Assembly (NCBI GenBank): GCA_963806855.1
Contig: CAWDYW010000001.1
Coordinates: 448,001-512,000 of the forward strand
Reading direction: 5' to 3'
DNA length: 64,000 nt
Source of the DNA: an uncultured Verrucomicrobiae bacterium
GTDB lineage: Bacteria; Chlamydiota; Chlamydiia; Chlamydiales; Rhabdochlamydiaceae
The stretch's first letter is position 1; each line of letters starts with the position of its first letter. The translations under genes were made by a program, and so were the position numbers. The notes below the pieces were generated by a model. The model did no database searches, had not been told where the DNA came from, and saw only the letters and a list, made by a program, of their open reading frames with translations. Of the stretch, positions 50,509-60,374 are shown piece by piece.

Positions 50509-51842
50509 ATCCAAAATGCTGTTTGCCTTGCAGCCTGATTCACAAACATCTCTTCACCATACACGATCTGACAATTCCGTTTTGCAGCCTCTTGCAGGAA
50601 GAGGGTTTCTCTGGGTGTATAGACCACATCCATCGTGACAGTGCCCGGCTGGATTTTGGCAGGGTTGATTGGCAGGGGATCGGGTGAGCAGTTGATCAGC
50701 ACATCATACTGCTTGGGCACCTCATCCAAGCCACCCGCTGCGTAGCCAAGTGCGACAGCCCTTTCAACGGTTCGATTCAAGACCACAACCTCAGCGCCGC
50801 GCTGCTTGGCCTCAAAGGCAATCGCCCGGGCAGCCCCGCCAGCACCGAGCAGCACCACCCTTTTGCCCCGGACCAGTCCCTTTTGTTCAATTGCGTCGAG
50901 AGCCCCATGACCATCGGTATTAGTCCCGAATATGCGTCCCTCTTTGAAAAGGAGAGTGTTGATGGCGCCAATTGGCTCGCAGCTCGGATCAATTTCGTCG
51001 ATGAAGGGGATGATCTTCTCCTTGAGCGGAATCGTGACGCTGAGCCCCCGGATGCCGATCGCTTTTGCCAGAGGAATGAACTCCTCAAGCTCTTCTGGCT
51101 TGACGACCATTTTGACATAGACCGCATTGAGATTGCGCTTGCGAAAGACCCCATTGTGATAACGGTAACCCGGACTCTTGTCGACCGGATCGCCAATCAG
51201 TCCGTAGATCGCCGTATTTTCATTCAGCGAAGCGTAATTGTACACATCGAGCATATCGGAAAGAGTCAGCTGCCCCGGTCCTGTCTTCTCATCGGCATTT
51301 GCACAGGCATAATTGACACGATTGCCCACAATAGGGCCGAGCACCCGAGCAAATTCTCCATGCTCTCCCATGCAAATGACACTGACTTTCGGATGGTTTT
51401 TGCTGAAGAGAAGCATACGCAGCGCATCATTTGTCGACTTGGGCATTGTCGCAATTTTGTAAGTGAAGGGCTCATACTCCTCAATAAATCCATATCCCGC
51501 GCCGTCAAAGTTGTGATAGGAGAGGATGAATTTGGTCTTCGAGTACTTGCTCAGTACCCTCCGCAAAAATTCGGGCCGCATATCGACCTCAAGATCAAAG
51601 AAGGGCGGCCCCAATGCTAAAAGCCGTTCGATGAGCACTTCTCGCTCCACTTCAGTACCCTGGAATTTTCCACCATGCGCGGCCTTGCGTAAAGTGAGGA
51701 CAACTGGGCGAGTGCTTTGCTGTAGATAGCGCTTGATCGCCTCCGGGTCGATGTGTGAGAAGAAATCGAGGCGCAGCTCAACACCATGCCGTTCATCGGC
51801 ACCCATTTGCTCGGGCTGTCTGATCATCGAACAAAAAAGCAT
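50505..51842 (-). CDS. aroDE: Fused type I 3-dehydroquinate dehydratase and shikimate dehydrogenase (start uncertain)
   Basis: VELRLD, SYHNF and GPGQ; then SVTIPLK, NTDGHG, GAGGAARA and QAARQ. Confidence 0.92.
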   Translation of the reverse strand: MLFCSMIRQPEQMGADERHGVELRLDFFSHIDPEAIKRYLQQSTRPVVLTLRKAAHGGKFQGTEVEREVLIERLLALGPPFFDLEVDMRPEFLRRVLSKYSKTKFILSYHNFDGAGYGFIEEYEPFTYKIATMPKSTNDALRMLLFSKNHPKVSVICMGEHGEFARVLGPIVGNRVNYACANADEKTGPGQLTLSDMLDVYNYASLNENTAIYGLIGDPVDKSPGYRYHNGVFRKRNLNAVYVKMVVKPEELEEFIPLAKAIGIRGLSVTIPLKEKIIPFIDEIDPSCEPIGAINTLLFKEGRIFGTNTDGHGALDAIEQKGLVRGKRVVLLGAGGAARAIAFEAKQRGAEVVVLNRTVERAVALGYAAGGLDEVPKQYDVLINCSPDPLPINPAKIQPGTVTMDVVYTPRETLFLQEAAKRNCQIVYGEEMFVNQAARQTAFWI

Positions 51843-51950
51843 CCTTTCTTTATACATGGAATGGAGGGATTGCATCCATATTAATTTTTTAATTTTCTTT
51901 GTATTTGTTGCATTGCTATAATCCGCCGTCAAATTTTGAGGGGTATTGTT

Positions 51951-54011
51951 ATGGCGCTTCCACCAATATTATTATTTGAAACGCATGCTGATCCAACCGC
52001 GAAGCGAGTAGCATATGAACTGCTTCCGAAGTTGAAAAAGGTTGGCTATAAAGTCCTATGTGTTGAAATGCCTCATAATTTTACCAGTGAAGAAATAATT
52101 GAACATGTGAAAATTGGTGTTGCACAAAGCGAAGAATCACAATCCGTTATTAAAAAAGTGGCTTCGATGATGGGAATTTCAGAAAGCGCATTAAGCCAGA
52201 AAACAGAGATTGGTATTAATGAGCTATTGATGAAGTTTTTACCAGCTCCATCAGATCAAGAAGATCATTCTAGCAACATAGCTAATAGATTCTGCCGATT
52301 GGAAGCTGAGAAAGAAATGCTCAAGATATTAAATTTAGCAAAACAACACGGGTTTTTAATAAAGGGGATAGATAGTGAGCCCAAGGTCCTAGAAAAGCGC
52401 AAGCCAGTCAAAGATCTCCGATCTGCAAAACTTATTGATGTGGTTAGAGAGCAAACGATGTCCGGTCATATAGAAAGTTTAAGGCAAAAAGGGGTAATCT
52501 ATATCTGTGGCGCTCTTCATGCTGCTAGTTTAATTTCTAAATGCAAAGACACTCATTATTTTTATCCACGATCAACAAAGTGGCAGCCTATAGAAGATGA
52601 GGAAAATAAGAAGTGCGGTTACACAGAGACTGATTTCTTAAAAGACCCTTCCCAGGTCTTATCTGAAAGGGATATCCCCTCTTTTGCGGATAGAATAGTC
52701 ACCCACATTACAACTGGAAGATATCTAAAAGAGTACCCAGAAGGTAATAGTCAATCTAAACATCTCGCAAAGGTATTCAATGCCGTTTTTAAAGTCTTTA
52801 TGCGGTCGGGATTCTATGCCGACGCATTAGTAGAGAGGGCAACGACTCCAAATATTGCGGACATCGAAATTAAACTAAAAGCGAGCAATATTGAAACGGG
52901 CACTGCTTCACTGAATGGCAAAGAGTATCTAGTCATTCCTAATATCAATGAAAAAGCTGTCGCTGATCGGATCATGAGCCTACAATCTGTCTCGCTTCCA
53001 CCAATATTATTATTTGAAGCACATACAGATCCAACCGGGAAACAAGTTGCTCATGAACTCCTCCCGAAGTTGAAAAAGGTTGGCTATGAAGTGCTCTGTG
53101 TTGAACTGTCTCAAGATTTAAATAGTGCACAAATAATTGAATATGTGAAGGAGATGGTCGAAGAATGTGAAGTATCGCAATCAATTGTTAAAATGTGTGC
53201 TGAGATGATGGAAATTTCAGAAAGCGCATTAAGCCAAAAAACGGCGTTAGGTGTTGCCAAGTTATTGAAGAGGTGTCTACCTGTTCAGCAACATCCGGAA
53301 TTTAATCATATGAGTACGGCTATTAGATTCCGTCGATTAGAAGCTGATAAAGAAATGCTGCAGCTATTGAATTTAGCGCAGCGATGTGGGTTTATAATAA
53401 AAGGGATTGATAGAGAAATAGAATTTCTAAAAAAATACAATTATACAAAAGACCCTGAGCTTGTAAAACTGCTTCATGAGGATAGAGAGCGAACGATGTC
53501 CGGTAATATAGAAAGTTTAAGACAAAGAGGGGTCATCTATATCTGCGGCGCTCTTCATGCTGCTAGTTTAATTCGGAAATGCGATGACATTCATTATTTT
53601 TACCCCCGTTCTAAAAAGTGGCAACCAATTGAGGACGAAGAAGATAAAATTATAGGTAACAATGAGAATGATTTCTTAAAAGACCCTTCCCAGGTATTAT
53701 CTCAAGGGGATATTCCCTCTTTTGCTGATAGAATAGTCACCCAGATTACGCGAAGAGAATTCCCCGAAGGTAATCCTCAATCTAACCACCTCGCAAAGGT
53801 ATTTAAAGCTATTTTTAAGGTCTTTTTGCGGCCAGGGTCGTATGCCGAAGCATTAGTAGAGAGAGCAACGACTCCAAATATTGCGGACATTGAAGCTAAA
53901 CTAAAAGCGAGCAATATTAAAACAGGCATTGATTCAATGAAGGGCAAGGAGTATCTAGTTATTCCTAATATCAATGTTAAAGATGTAGCTGATCGGATCA
54001 TGAGCCTATAA
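51951..54011 (+). CDS. Protein of two tandem TIKI/ChaN/EreA/RRSP-like domains (about 345 aa each)
   Basis: Each half has LLFE(T/A)H, LCVE, KGID, RExTMS and YICGALH. Start taken at ATG 51951. Confidence 0.7.
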   Translation: MALPPILLFETHADPTAKRVAYELLPKLKKVGYKVLCVEMPHNFTSEEIIEHVKIGVAQSEESQSVIKKVASMMGISESALSQKTEIGINELLMKFLPAPSDQEDHSSNIANRFCRLEAEKEMLKILNLAKQHGFLIKGIDSEPKVLEKRKPVKDLRSAKLIDVVREQTMSGHIESLRQKGVIYICGALHAASLISKCKDTHYFYPRSTKWQPIEDEENKKCGYTETDFLKDPSQVLSERDIPSFADRIVTHITTGRYLKEYPEGNSQSKHLAKVFNAVFKVFMRSGFYADALVERATTPNIADIEIKLKASNIETGTASLNGKEYLVIPNINEKAVADRIMSLQSVSLPPILLFEAHTDPTGKQVAHELLPKLKKVGYEVLCVELSQDLNSAQIIEYVKEMVEECEVSQSIVKMCAEMMEISESALSQKTALGVAKLLKRCLPVQQHPEFNHMSTAIRFRRLEADKEMLQLLNLAQRCGFIIKGIDREIEFLKKYNYTKDPELVKLLHEDRERTMSGNIESLRQRGVIYICGALHAASLIRKCDDIHYFYPRSKKWQPIEDEEDKIIGNNENDFLKDPSQVLSQGDIPSFADRIVTQITRREFPEGNPQSNHLAKVFKAIFKVFLRPGSYAEALVERATTPNIADIEAKLKASNIKTGIDSMKGKEYLVIPNINVKDVADRIMSL

Positions 54012-54029
54012 ATTTTGAGGAGTATTATA

Positions 54030-54794
54030 ATGGAGCTTCCACCAGTATTATTATTTGAAACACCCGGTGATCCAACGGCTAGGCAAGTTGCTGTTAAACT
54101 GCTTCCGAAATTGAAAGATGTTGGCTATGGAGTGCTATGTGTTGAAATGCCTGAAAATTTGACCGATGCACAAATAATTGAACATACGGAAGAGGATATT
54201 AGGCAAGGAGCAAAAGCACAATTTCTTGTTGAAGAAGCTGCTGCGGGGAATAGAGTTTCAGTAAGCGAATTAAACACAGAATATGCTGTGGAGTCGCTAT
54301 TGCAGAAATTTATAAATGAGTTACCTAATAAGAAAGGGGGCCATAGAATATTAGCTAATAAATTCTGCCAACTTGAAGCTAATAAAGAAATGCTAAAGGT
54401 ATTAGAGTTAGCAAAAAAATGCGGGTTTTTAATAAAGGGAATAGATAGTGATCCCAATGCTCTAGATAAAAGCGCTCCAAGCAAAAATCTCGGATCTGTA
54501 CAAGTTGTTCAGGATAGAGAGCAAACGATGTCCGACCATATAGAAAATTTAAGACAAAGAGGGGTAATCTATATCTGTAACGCTGACTGTGCTGTTAGTT
54601 TAATTAAGAAATGCAACGATATTTTTTATTTTTATCCCCGTGCAACGAAGGCGAAAATAAGTGAGCTAGAGGAAGATGGATGGGACTATCGAACTGAAGC
54701 CGAGGCCGTTATGGATCCTTCTGAATTACAGGTCATATCTGAGAAAGGAATCTCCTCATTTGCAGATAGAATAGTCACCAAGATTTTAGAATAG
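54030..54794 (+). CDS. Truncated third paralog lacking the putative catalytic His residues
   Basis: LLFETPG replaces FETH; YICNADC replaces YICGALH; no C-terminal subdomain. Confidence 0.7.
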   Translation: MELPPVLLFETPGDPTARQVAVKLLPKLKDVGYGVLCVEMPENLTDAQIIEHTEEDIRQGAKAQFLVEEAAAGNRVSVSELNTEYAVESLLQKFINELPNKKGGHRILANKFCQLEANKEMLKVLELAKKCGFLIKGIDSDPNALDKSAPSKNLGSVQVVQDREQTMSDHIENLRQRGVIYICNADCAVSLIKKCNDIFYFYPRATKAKISELEEDGWDYRTEAEAVMDPSELQVISEKGISSFADRIVTKILE

Positions 54795-55584
54795 GCGTTC
54801 CTGCAATCTGCGTAAATAAGACCCCTGAAGCACTTTCGATCTCTTCGACGGGAGCTGAGAATTTCTTGAGTGGGGTTTGGGCGTCGATTGATTTGTTGGG
54901 CAGGATATAACCTTTTGAGAGCAGCTTGCCGGCGGAAGATTCGACGAAGAGGAGCATGAAAAAGTGGGTTGGGACGGCGACATTGTGGGGGCCGATCACT
55001 TCATATTTCACATAATTTCTCCCATCGCGCCCTTTGCTGCTTAGGTAGAGGGGGCCCGAGAAGATGTGGATGGTTTTGAACTGGCTCGCCAGCTCCCGCA
55101 CGTGCTGCTCGACCATTTTCCAGTAGCCACGGTTAAAGGCGGGAACTTGGGGGGCGATGTTGGAGAGGAAGAAGGAATTCTCGAGCGCGCGCTGGCTCTG
55201 GCAATCGGCTGCTGGACAGAGGTGGCCTCGGTCAAAGCCGGTCTGTTGATAATCGATCTTTGCAGCGCGGATGTGTTCGGGGAGGTCGGGGTCTTCTTTA
55301 AATTCACATTCGGCGCGCGATAATTTGTGGGGGAGGGTTTCTTGGGTGATTTTGTGGTAGACCCAGTGGGCGTTGCGGGTTTGGCCGTTGTAGGCGAGGG
55401 TGTAGCCATCTCGCGCTATGATGGGTGTGGTGGTGGGGAGATGGGTGGTAAAAAGCTCTTTGGTGGTGAATTGGACAGGGGAGAATTCTCGATCGATGGG
55501 GAGCCAGGCGAGCGCGGCGCCGATGACCAGTCCTAGAAAAAAAATCTGGAACTGCTTTGACTTCCCTGTCTTCTTCTTAGCCAT
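54775..55584 (-). CDS. DNA/RNA non-specific endonuclease (NucA/EndoG family)
   Basis: GFDRGHLCPAAD, SNIAPQ, FNRGYW and VAVPTHFF; N-terminal TM segment. Confidence 0.92.
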   Translation of the reverse strand: MAKKKTGKSKQFQIFFLGLVIGAALAWLPIDREFSPVQFTTKELFTTHLPTTTPIIARDGYTLAYNGQTRNAHWVYHKITQETLPHKLSRAECEFKEDPDLPEHIRAAKIDYQQTGFDRGHLCPAADCQSQRALENSFFLSNIAPQVPAFNRGYWKMVEQHVRELASQFKTIHIFSGPLYLSSKGRDGRNYVKYEVIGPHNVAVPTHFFMLLFVESSAGKLLSKGYILPNKSIDAQTPLKKFSAPVEEIESASGVLFTQIAGTPILKSW

Positions 55585-56575
55585 TAATTTTTTGGTGGAG
55601 GGCGCGCAGGAGCTCTTTTAGGCCTTGCTCTTCCTTGGCCGAAACTTCAAAGAGGGTAGAGGGGTCGAAGGGATACCGCTCTCTAAAGGATTTGACGTTG
55701 TTGGCAGCCCCATCTTTGTCGACTTTGTTGAGGACGACGAAGGAGGGCTTGTTGAGCATTTCGGAGTTATAGGCGCTCAGCTCTTTGCGCAAGATCTCAT
55801 AGTCGAGGAAGGGGTCGTGCTCTTCGTCATCGGGGGCGATGTCGAGGACGATGACGAGGGTCGAGGTTCGCTCGATGTGCTTGAGGAAGGAGATCCCAAG
55901 CCCTTTGTTGAGGTGGGCATTTTCGATGATCCCGGGGATGTCAGCGACGAGGATGCGGCTATAATCTTCAAACTGGACGAAGCTCAAATTGGGAGAGAGG
56001 GTGGTGAAGGGATAGGCGCCGATTTTGACCTGGGCGTGGGTGATTTTGGACATCAGGCTCGATTTGCCGGCATTGGGCATTCCGATGAGCCCCACATCGG
56101 CGATCATTTTGAGTTCAAGCTCGACCTCTTTTTCTTCTCCCTCGGTGCCTAGGGTGCAGGTGTTAGGGGCTCGATTGGTCGACGATTTAAAAGAGGCGTT
56201 TCCGCGGCCCCCTCTGCCACCGAGGCAAGCGGTCCATATGGGAGTTTCCGGAGTCAGGTCGTAGAGGACTTCGCCCGTTTCGGCATCTTTGACGATGGTG
56301 CCGCAAGGGACTTTGACGGTGAGAGATTCCCCTTTGCCGCCTTGCATGAGGTTGATGCCGCCCGCTTGGCCATTTTCGGCACGAAGGATGCGGCGTCTTG
56401 TAAAGACATCGAGGGAGTGGAGATCATTGGTGGCTTCGAAGATGATCGCGCCGCCGCGGCCGCCATTGCCGCCATAAGGGCCGCCTTTGGGCAAGCAGCT
56501 TTCGCGCCGCCAAGCGACGATGCCATTGCCCCCTTTACCAGCGATCAGTTTCACTTTAATGCGATCTACGAACAT
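55577..56575 (-). CDS. obgE: GTPase ObgE/CgtA
   Basis: Gly-rich Obg fold, GMPNAGKSS, YPFTT, DIPG and NKVD. Confidence 0.97.
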   Translation of the reverse strand: MFVDRIKVKLIAGKGGNGIVAWRRESCLPKGGPYGGNGGRGGAIIFEATNDLHSLDVFTRRRILRAENGQAGGINLMQGGKGESLTVKVPCGTIVKDAETGEVLYDLTPETPIWTACLGGRGGRGNASFKSSTNRAPNTCTLGTEGEEKEVELELKMIADVGLIGMPNAGKSSLMSKITHAQVKIGAYPFTTLSPNLSFVQFEDYSRILVADIPGIIENAHLNKGLGISFLKHIERTSTLVIVLDIAPDDEEHDPFLDYEILRKELSAYNSEMLNKPSFVVLNKVDKDGAANNVKSFRERYPFDPSTLFEVSAKEEQGLKELLRALHQKING

Positions 56576-56596
56576 TGGTTTTAGGGGCTCCTTGCT

Positions 56597-56848
56597 TTAT
56601 GCAGAGGGCAGCACAGATACGTATGTTCTATCCGCTTTACGATAGGAAACAACCCCATTGATAAGAGAGAATAGAGTATCGTCTCTGCCGATGCCGACGT
56701 TCTTTGCAGGTTTCCATTTTGTTCCGCGCTGACGGACCAAAATGCTGCCGATTGTAACTTGCTCGCCATGAGTCACTTTGACTCCGAGTCTTTTTGAATG
56801 GGAATCACGTCCGTTACGGGAAGATCCCTGTCCTTTCTTATGTGCCAT
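56597..56848 (-). CDS. rpmA: 50S ribosomal protein L27
   Basis: [16 protein letters not shown]. Confidence 0.98.
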   Translation of the reverse strand: MAHKKGQGSSRNGRDSHSKRLGVKVTHGEQVTIGSILVRQRGTKWKPAKNVGIGRDDTLFSLINGVVSYRKADRTYVSVLPSA

Positions 56849-56852
56849 GTCC

Positions 56853-57158
56853 CTATGCCTGTATTTCTGTGATTTTTACACGTAAATAGTTCTGTCTGTG
56901 ACCGACTTTACGACGGTAGTTGTGCCGTTTTTTGTATTTGAAATTGACGACTTTTGGCCCGCGCACTTCTTGAAGAAGTTCGCCCACAACGACACATCCT
57001 GCTACATGAGGAAGGCCCACTGTAGCAGAGCCATTGTTCAGGAAGAGTACATTCTTGAACTCGATTTTATCGCCTTCAATGTCAAGTAGCTCAACGTCAA
57101 TGACATCGCCTTTTTCCACACGGTACTGTTTGCCACCGGTCTCGATAATTGCGTACAT
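56853..57158 (-). CDS. rplU: 50S ribosomal protein L21
   Basis: [14 protein letters not shown] and GHRQ. Confidence 0.98.
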   Translation of the reverse strand: MYAIIETGGKQYRVEKGDVIDVELLDIEGDKIEFKNVLFLNNGSATVGLPHVAGCVVVGELLQEVRGPKVVNFKYKKRHNYRRKVGHRQNYLRVKITEIQA

Positions 57159-57386
57159 ATGATCTCCAATAGAAATTTCGATATTTCTCTGTTAAAGGCA
57201 GAATCATAAAGGAAAAGGGGAGAAGAGTCAAGGGGGATTTAAAAGTGCTCCTGACCGTGCCGGAAAAAATAGGCAGCGTCTTTAATATAAATAAGTTGTA
57301 ATTGCATCTAATTAATTTAATTGTAAGATTAATTATATAATTATAGTATGAGTTTATCGATAGATAGTAATAAAAAGGATGTTTTT

Positions 57387-57518
57387 ATGCGAGGATCGTG
57401 GCCGTCTCATAAACGTAAAAAAAGCTCTAAGGTGACGAGTAAGTCACACCGAAAGCAAAAAACGAGGACTAAAGAAGAGGACTATAAGAAGTTCCTTAGA
57501 GAAAGATTTTTTACTTAA
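57387..57518 (+). CDS. Small basic protein 1 (43 aa), below the ORF-track cutoff
   Basis: MRGSWPSHKRKKSSKVTSKSHRKQKTRTKEEDYKKFLRERFFT; AAGGA 7 bp upstream. Confidence 0.6.
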   Translation: MRGSWPSHKRKKSSKVTSKSHRKQKTRTKEEDYKKFLRERFFT

Positions 57519-57526
57519 GGGTTTCG

Positions 57527-57667
57527 ATGAAAAAGAAGAAAGAGGCCGAGAAAGCGAAAGAGTCGAAGAAAAAGGAGCGGTCCGCAAAGCAGCCCCCTAA
57601 GCAAGAGGGGAATAAGTGGCAGGAGTTTTTGCGACGTCACAGTACAGCTCAAGAAAAAAAAGAATAA
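57527..57667 (+). CDS. Small Lys/Glu-rich protein 2 (46 aa)
   Basis: MKKKKEAEKAKESKKKERSAKQPPKQEGNKWQEFLRRHSTAQEKKE; starts 8 bp after the previous stop, with AAGGG upstream. Confidence 0.6.
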   Translation: MKKKKEAEKAKESKKKERSAKQPPKQEGNKWQEFLRRHSTAQEKKE

Positions 57668-57689
57668 ATTCAATGTCTGGGAGGACAAC

Positions 57690-57797
57690 ATGGCAACAAA
57701 ATCTCATCGTAGAAAAACACACAGCAAAAAGAAAAAACCTGTTTCTAGAAAGAAACGTGGATTGAAAGGCTGGTGGGCAAGACTGACAGGTCTTTAA
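57690..57797 (+). CDS. Small basic protein 3 (35 aa)
   Basis: MATKSHRRKTHSKKKKPVSRKKRGLKGWWARLTGL; strong GGAGG RBS; stop overlaps the znuB stop. Confidence 0.7.
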   Translation: MATKSHRRKTHSKKKKPVSRKKRGLKGWWARLTGL

Positions 57798-58624
57798 TTA
57801 ACCTTGTGCAACCGCAGTCTAAAGCTAATTAGGTAAAATAAGGTGGCGATCAAGGCGATGGTCGCCCCTGGTGGCCAATTGAGCTGGTAGGCTGCGGCTG
57901 TTCCAATAATAGAGAAAAGTGAGCCGATGATCACTGCTAGAATCATCATCGCGGTGAATCGTCGCGTCAAATTGGCGGCAATCGCGGCTGGTATCGCAAG
58001 CATGGCGATCACCAAAATCGCTCCGACCACTTGAATGAGCAGAACAACTGAGATCGCAACTAGGCAGAGCAGAAGTAGGTAGAAGAACTTTACCGATACT
58101 TTCTGCAGCTTAGCTTGTTGCTCGTCGAAGCAGATCGCCAAGAACTGGTGTCTGAAAAGGGCGACGATGACGATGACGATCAGATCGAGCACAAGCAGGG
58201 TGATCACATCGCCGCGGGTGACCCATAAAATATTCCCAAACAGATAGTGCATCAGCTCGACGTTGTAGCCGGGTGTGAGGGCGATGAAGATGACTCCGAG
58301 CGACATTCCGGTTGACCAGAGGGCGGCGATGACGGTGTCTTCTCGCTGCTGATATTCGAGATGAATCCAGCCGATTAGAAGGGCCGAGATAATGGCAGCG
58401 ACAATGGCCCCTTGGAGTGGGTTGATCCAGGCAATATCAAAGGTGCGATGCAGCCAGAGAAAAAAGCCCATTCCGCCTAGGATTGAGTGGGCGATGCTCC
58501 CGCTGATAAAGACGATTCTTTTGACTACGACAAATGAACCCATGATTCCGCCGGTGATGGAGCCCGCGATTCCGGCGAGGATGGCCATATAAAGAAAGCT
58601 GTGGGTCAAGATCGCTTCAATCAT
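57794..58624 (-). CDS. znuB: Zn/Mn ABC transporter permease
   Basis: GSFVVVKR, SIAHSILGG, YLFGNIL and VGAILV motifs. Confidence 0.9.
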   Translation of the reverse strand: MIEAILTHSFLYMAILAGIAGSITGGIMGSFVVVKRIVFISGSIAHSILGGMGFFLWLHRTFDIAWINPLQGAIVAAIISALLIGWIHLEYQQREDTVIAALWSTGMSLGVIFIALTPGYNVELMHYLFGNILWVTRGDVITLLVLDLIVIVIVALFRHQFLAICFDEQQAKLQKVSVKFFYLLLLCLVAISVVLLIQVVGAILVIAMLAIPAAIAANLTRRFTAMMILAVIIGSLFSIIGTAAAYQLNWPPGATIALIATLFYLISFRLRLHKVN

Positions 58625-59309
58625 TTGTCTTCCTGAGTTTGGGGTGGTACAGGCCGAGGGCGAAATGTTGACAGATCTGTTCGGGAGAATAAGGGGTTAA
58701 ATGGCGGTCGATGCAGAAAAGCAGGTCCATCTCCTTAGCGATCGCTTGCAGGTCGTGGGTCACCATCAGAATGGTGATTTTGCGCTTTAGACTGATCAAG
58801 AATTGAAAAATTTCACTGAGCGCTTCGGGATCAATCCCAACTGTAGCCTCATCGAGCAAGAGGATCTCAGGCTCAGAGGCAAGGGCTCTTGCAATGAGGG
58901 TGCGCTGGATTTGTCCACCCGATAGGGTCCCAAATGGAGCGCGCGCTTTATCCTGTAGACCCACTTTTTCCAAAGCTTCATGAGCTCTCTTTTTCGCTTC
59001 AGCGGAGAAGCTCCCCCAGCCCCGATAATCGGCCAAGCAGCCTTGTAGGACTACTTCTAGAACAGAAATGGGAAATTGTCTGTCGAAGCGGCGCACCTGA
59101 GGGACATAGCCGATCTTGCCCTGGATTTCAAGACGGCCCGCTGTCGGTGTGAGCAGCCCCAGAATGAGCATGAGAAGGGTTGTTTTGCCTCCTCCATTTG
59201 GGCCAAAAATGCCGACAAACTTTCCCTTTTCGACTATAAAATCAATATCTTCGAGGACGGGAGTTTTCTTGTCGTAACTGAAACTGAGATGTTGAACCGA
59301 AATGGTCAT
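58617..59309 (-). CDS. znuC: Zn/Mn ABC transporter ATPase
   Basis: GPNGGGKTT, GYVPQ, LSGGQ, LLDEA and VTHD. Confidence 0.9.
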   Translation of the reverse strand: MTISVQHLSFSYDKKTPVLEDIDFIVEKGKFVGIFGPNGGGKTTLLMLILGLLTPTAGRLEIQGKIGYVPQVRRFDRQFPISVLEVVLQGCLADYRGWGSFSAEAKKRAHEALEKVGLQDKARAPFGTLSGGQIQRTLIARALASEPEILLLDEATVGIDPEALSEIFQFLISLKRKITILMVTHDLQAIAKEMDLLFCIDRHLTPYSPEQICQHFALGLYHPKLRKTND

Positions 59310-60151
59310 CGCGCGATATACTCTGCAATTTTTCGCATGTTATTCAAATAGTCTTTAGCATATGGATCGATCCGATAAATATGCAAATGTAGTTTTGCGG
59401 CAAAGAATTGGGCCCCTTGATTGTTAAACCCTGTTTGAATGAGCACGCTGCGGACATGGTAGACATTTGCTAAACTTAAAATTTGCTCGACATCTTTGGG
59501 ACGAGGATCTTTTCCCTCGCACTCAACCGAGAGTTGCAGTAGGCCATAATCGCGGCAGAAGTATCCCAAAGAGGGATGAGAGATCAGGATCGCTTCTCCC
59601 TTGAAGGGGGTAAGCATGGCGCTTAGGTCTTGGTCGAGCTCTTTTAGGTCGGCGGCCAGAGCGTCAAAGTTCTTTTGATACAATTCTTTCTGCTCTGGGA
59701 AAAGCTCGATCAGAGTATTGGCGATCACTTGCGACTGCTGCAAGGCGATCTTCGGACTTGCCCAGGTATGCAAATCCTTCCCACCATGGTAGTGTCCACA
59801 GGAGGCCCGAATCAGATTTTCCTCATTGATGAGAGCTACGCCTTCTTGTAAGTTGACGATGCGCATCTTTTTGTTGCGCTCTTGGAAAGCTTTGACAATT
59901 TTTTGTTCAAAGGGTTCATCGATCCGGAACCAGACTTGTGCTTGACCGCTCACTTGGACAAGTTTTGGGCTCGGTTCATAGATGTGGACATTGCTTTCTG
60001 GGGGCACAAGTGTCTGAATGTGAACCGTTCCGCCGGCGATCCGCTCGGCAAAATAGGCATAAGGGGCAATCGTAACGAGCACGGTTGGTTTTTCTGGGGC
60101 GGCAAAAGCAAAAAGGGGAAATAAGAATAAAAATATGAGCTTTTTAATCAT
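59306..60151 (-). CDS. znuA: Zn/Mn ABC transporter substrate-binding protein
   Basis: Signal peptide; HIYEPSP, DLHTW and HPSLGYF. Confidence 0.88.
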   Translation of the reverse strand: MIKKLIFLFLFPLFAFAAPEKPTVLVTIAPYAYFAERIAGGTVHIQTLVPPESNVHIYEPSPKLVQVSGQAQVWFRIDEPFEQKIVKAFQERNKKMRIVNLQEGVALINEENLIRASCGHYHGGKDLHTWASPKIALQQSQVIANTLIELFPEQKELYQKNFDALAADLKELDQDLSAMLTPFKGEAILISHPSLGYFCRDYGLLQLSVECEGKDPRPKDVEQILSLANVYHVRSVLIQTGFNNQGAQFFAAKLHLHIYRIDPYAKDYLNNMRKIAEYIAR

Positions 60152-60196
60152 GGATCAAGGATACTACAACCGGCTTTATGTTGCTACATAACTATT

Positions 60197-60283
60197 GGAG
60201 GAGTGTCCGAGTGGCCGATGGAGCACGCTTGGAAAGCGTGTAAACGTGAAAGCGTTTCGTGGGTTCGAATCCCACCTCCTCCG
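60197..60283 (+). tRNA. tRNA-Ser (GGA)
   Basis: GGAGGAG...CTCCTCC-G; anticodon arm CACGC-TTGGAAA-GCGTG; long variable arm; GGTTCGAATCC. Confidence 0.95.
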
Positions 60284-60374
60284 TATTTTACAAACGAGAG
60301 GATAATCTCATCCGTTTCTAGTCAAAATGAATTTTTTATTTTAAAAAATTCAACTAGCGATTAGAAGAAAAAGT

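Noticed and set aside
50505..51842. AroD-AroE fusion as a novelty
   Set aside because: It is standard in chlamydiae.
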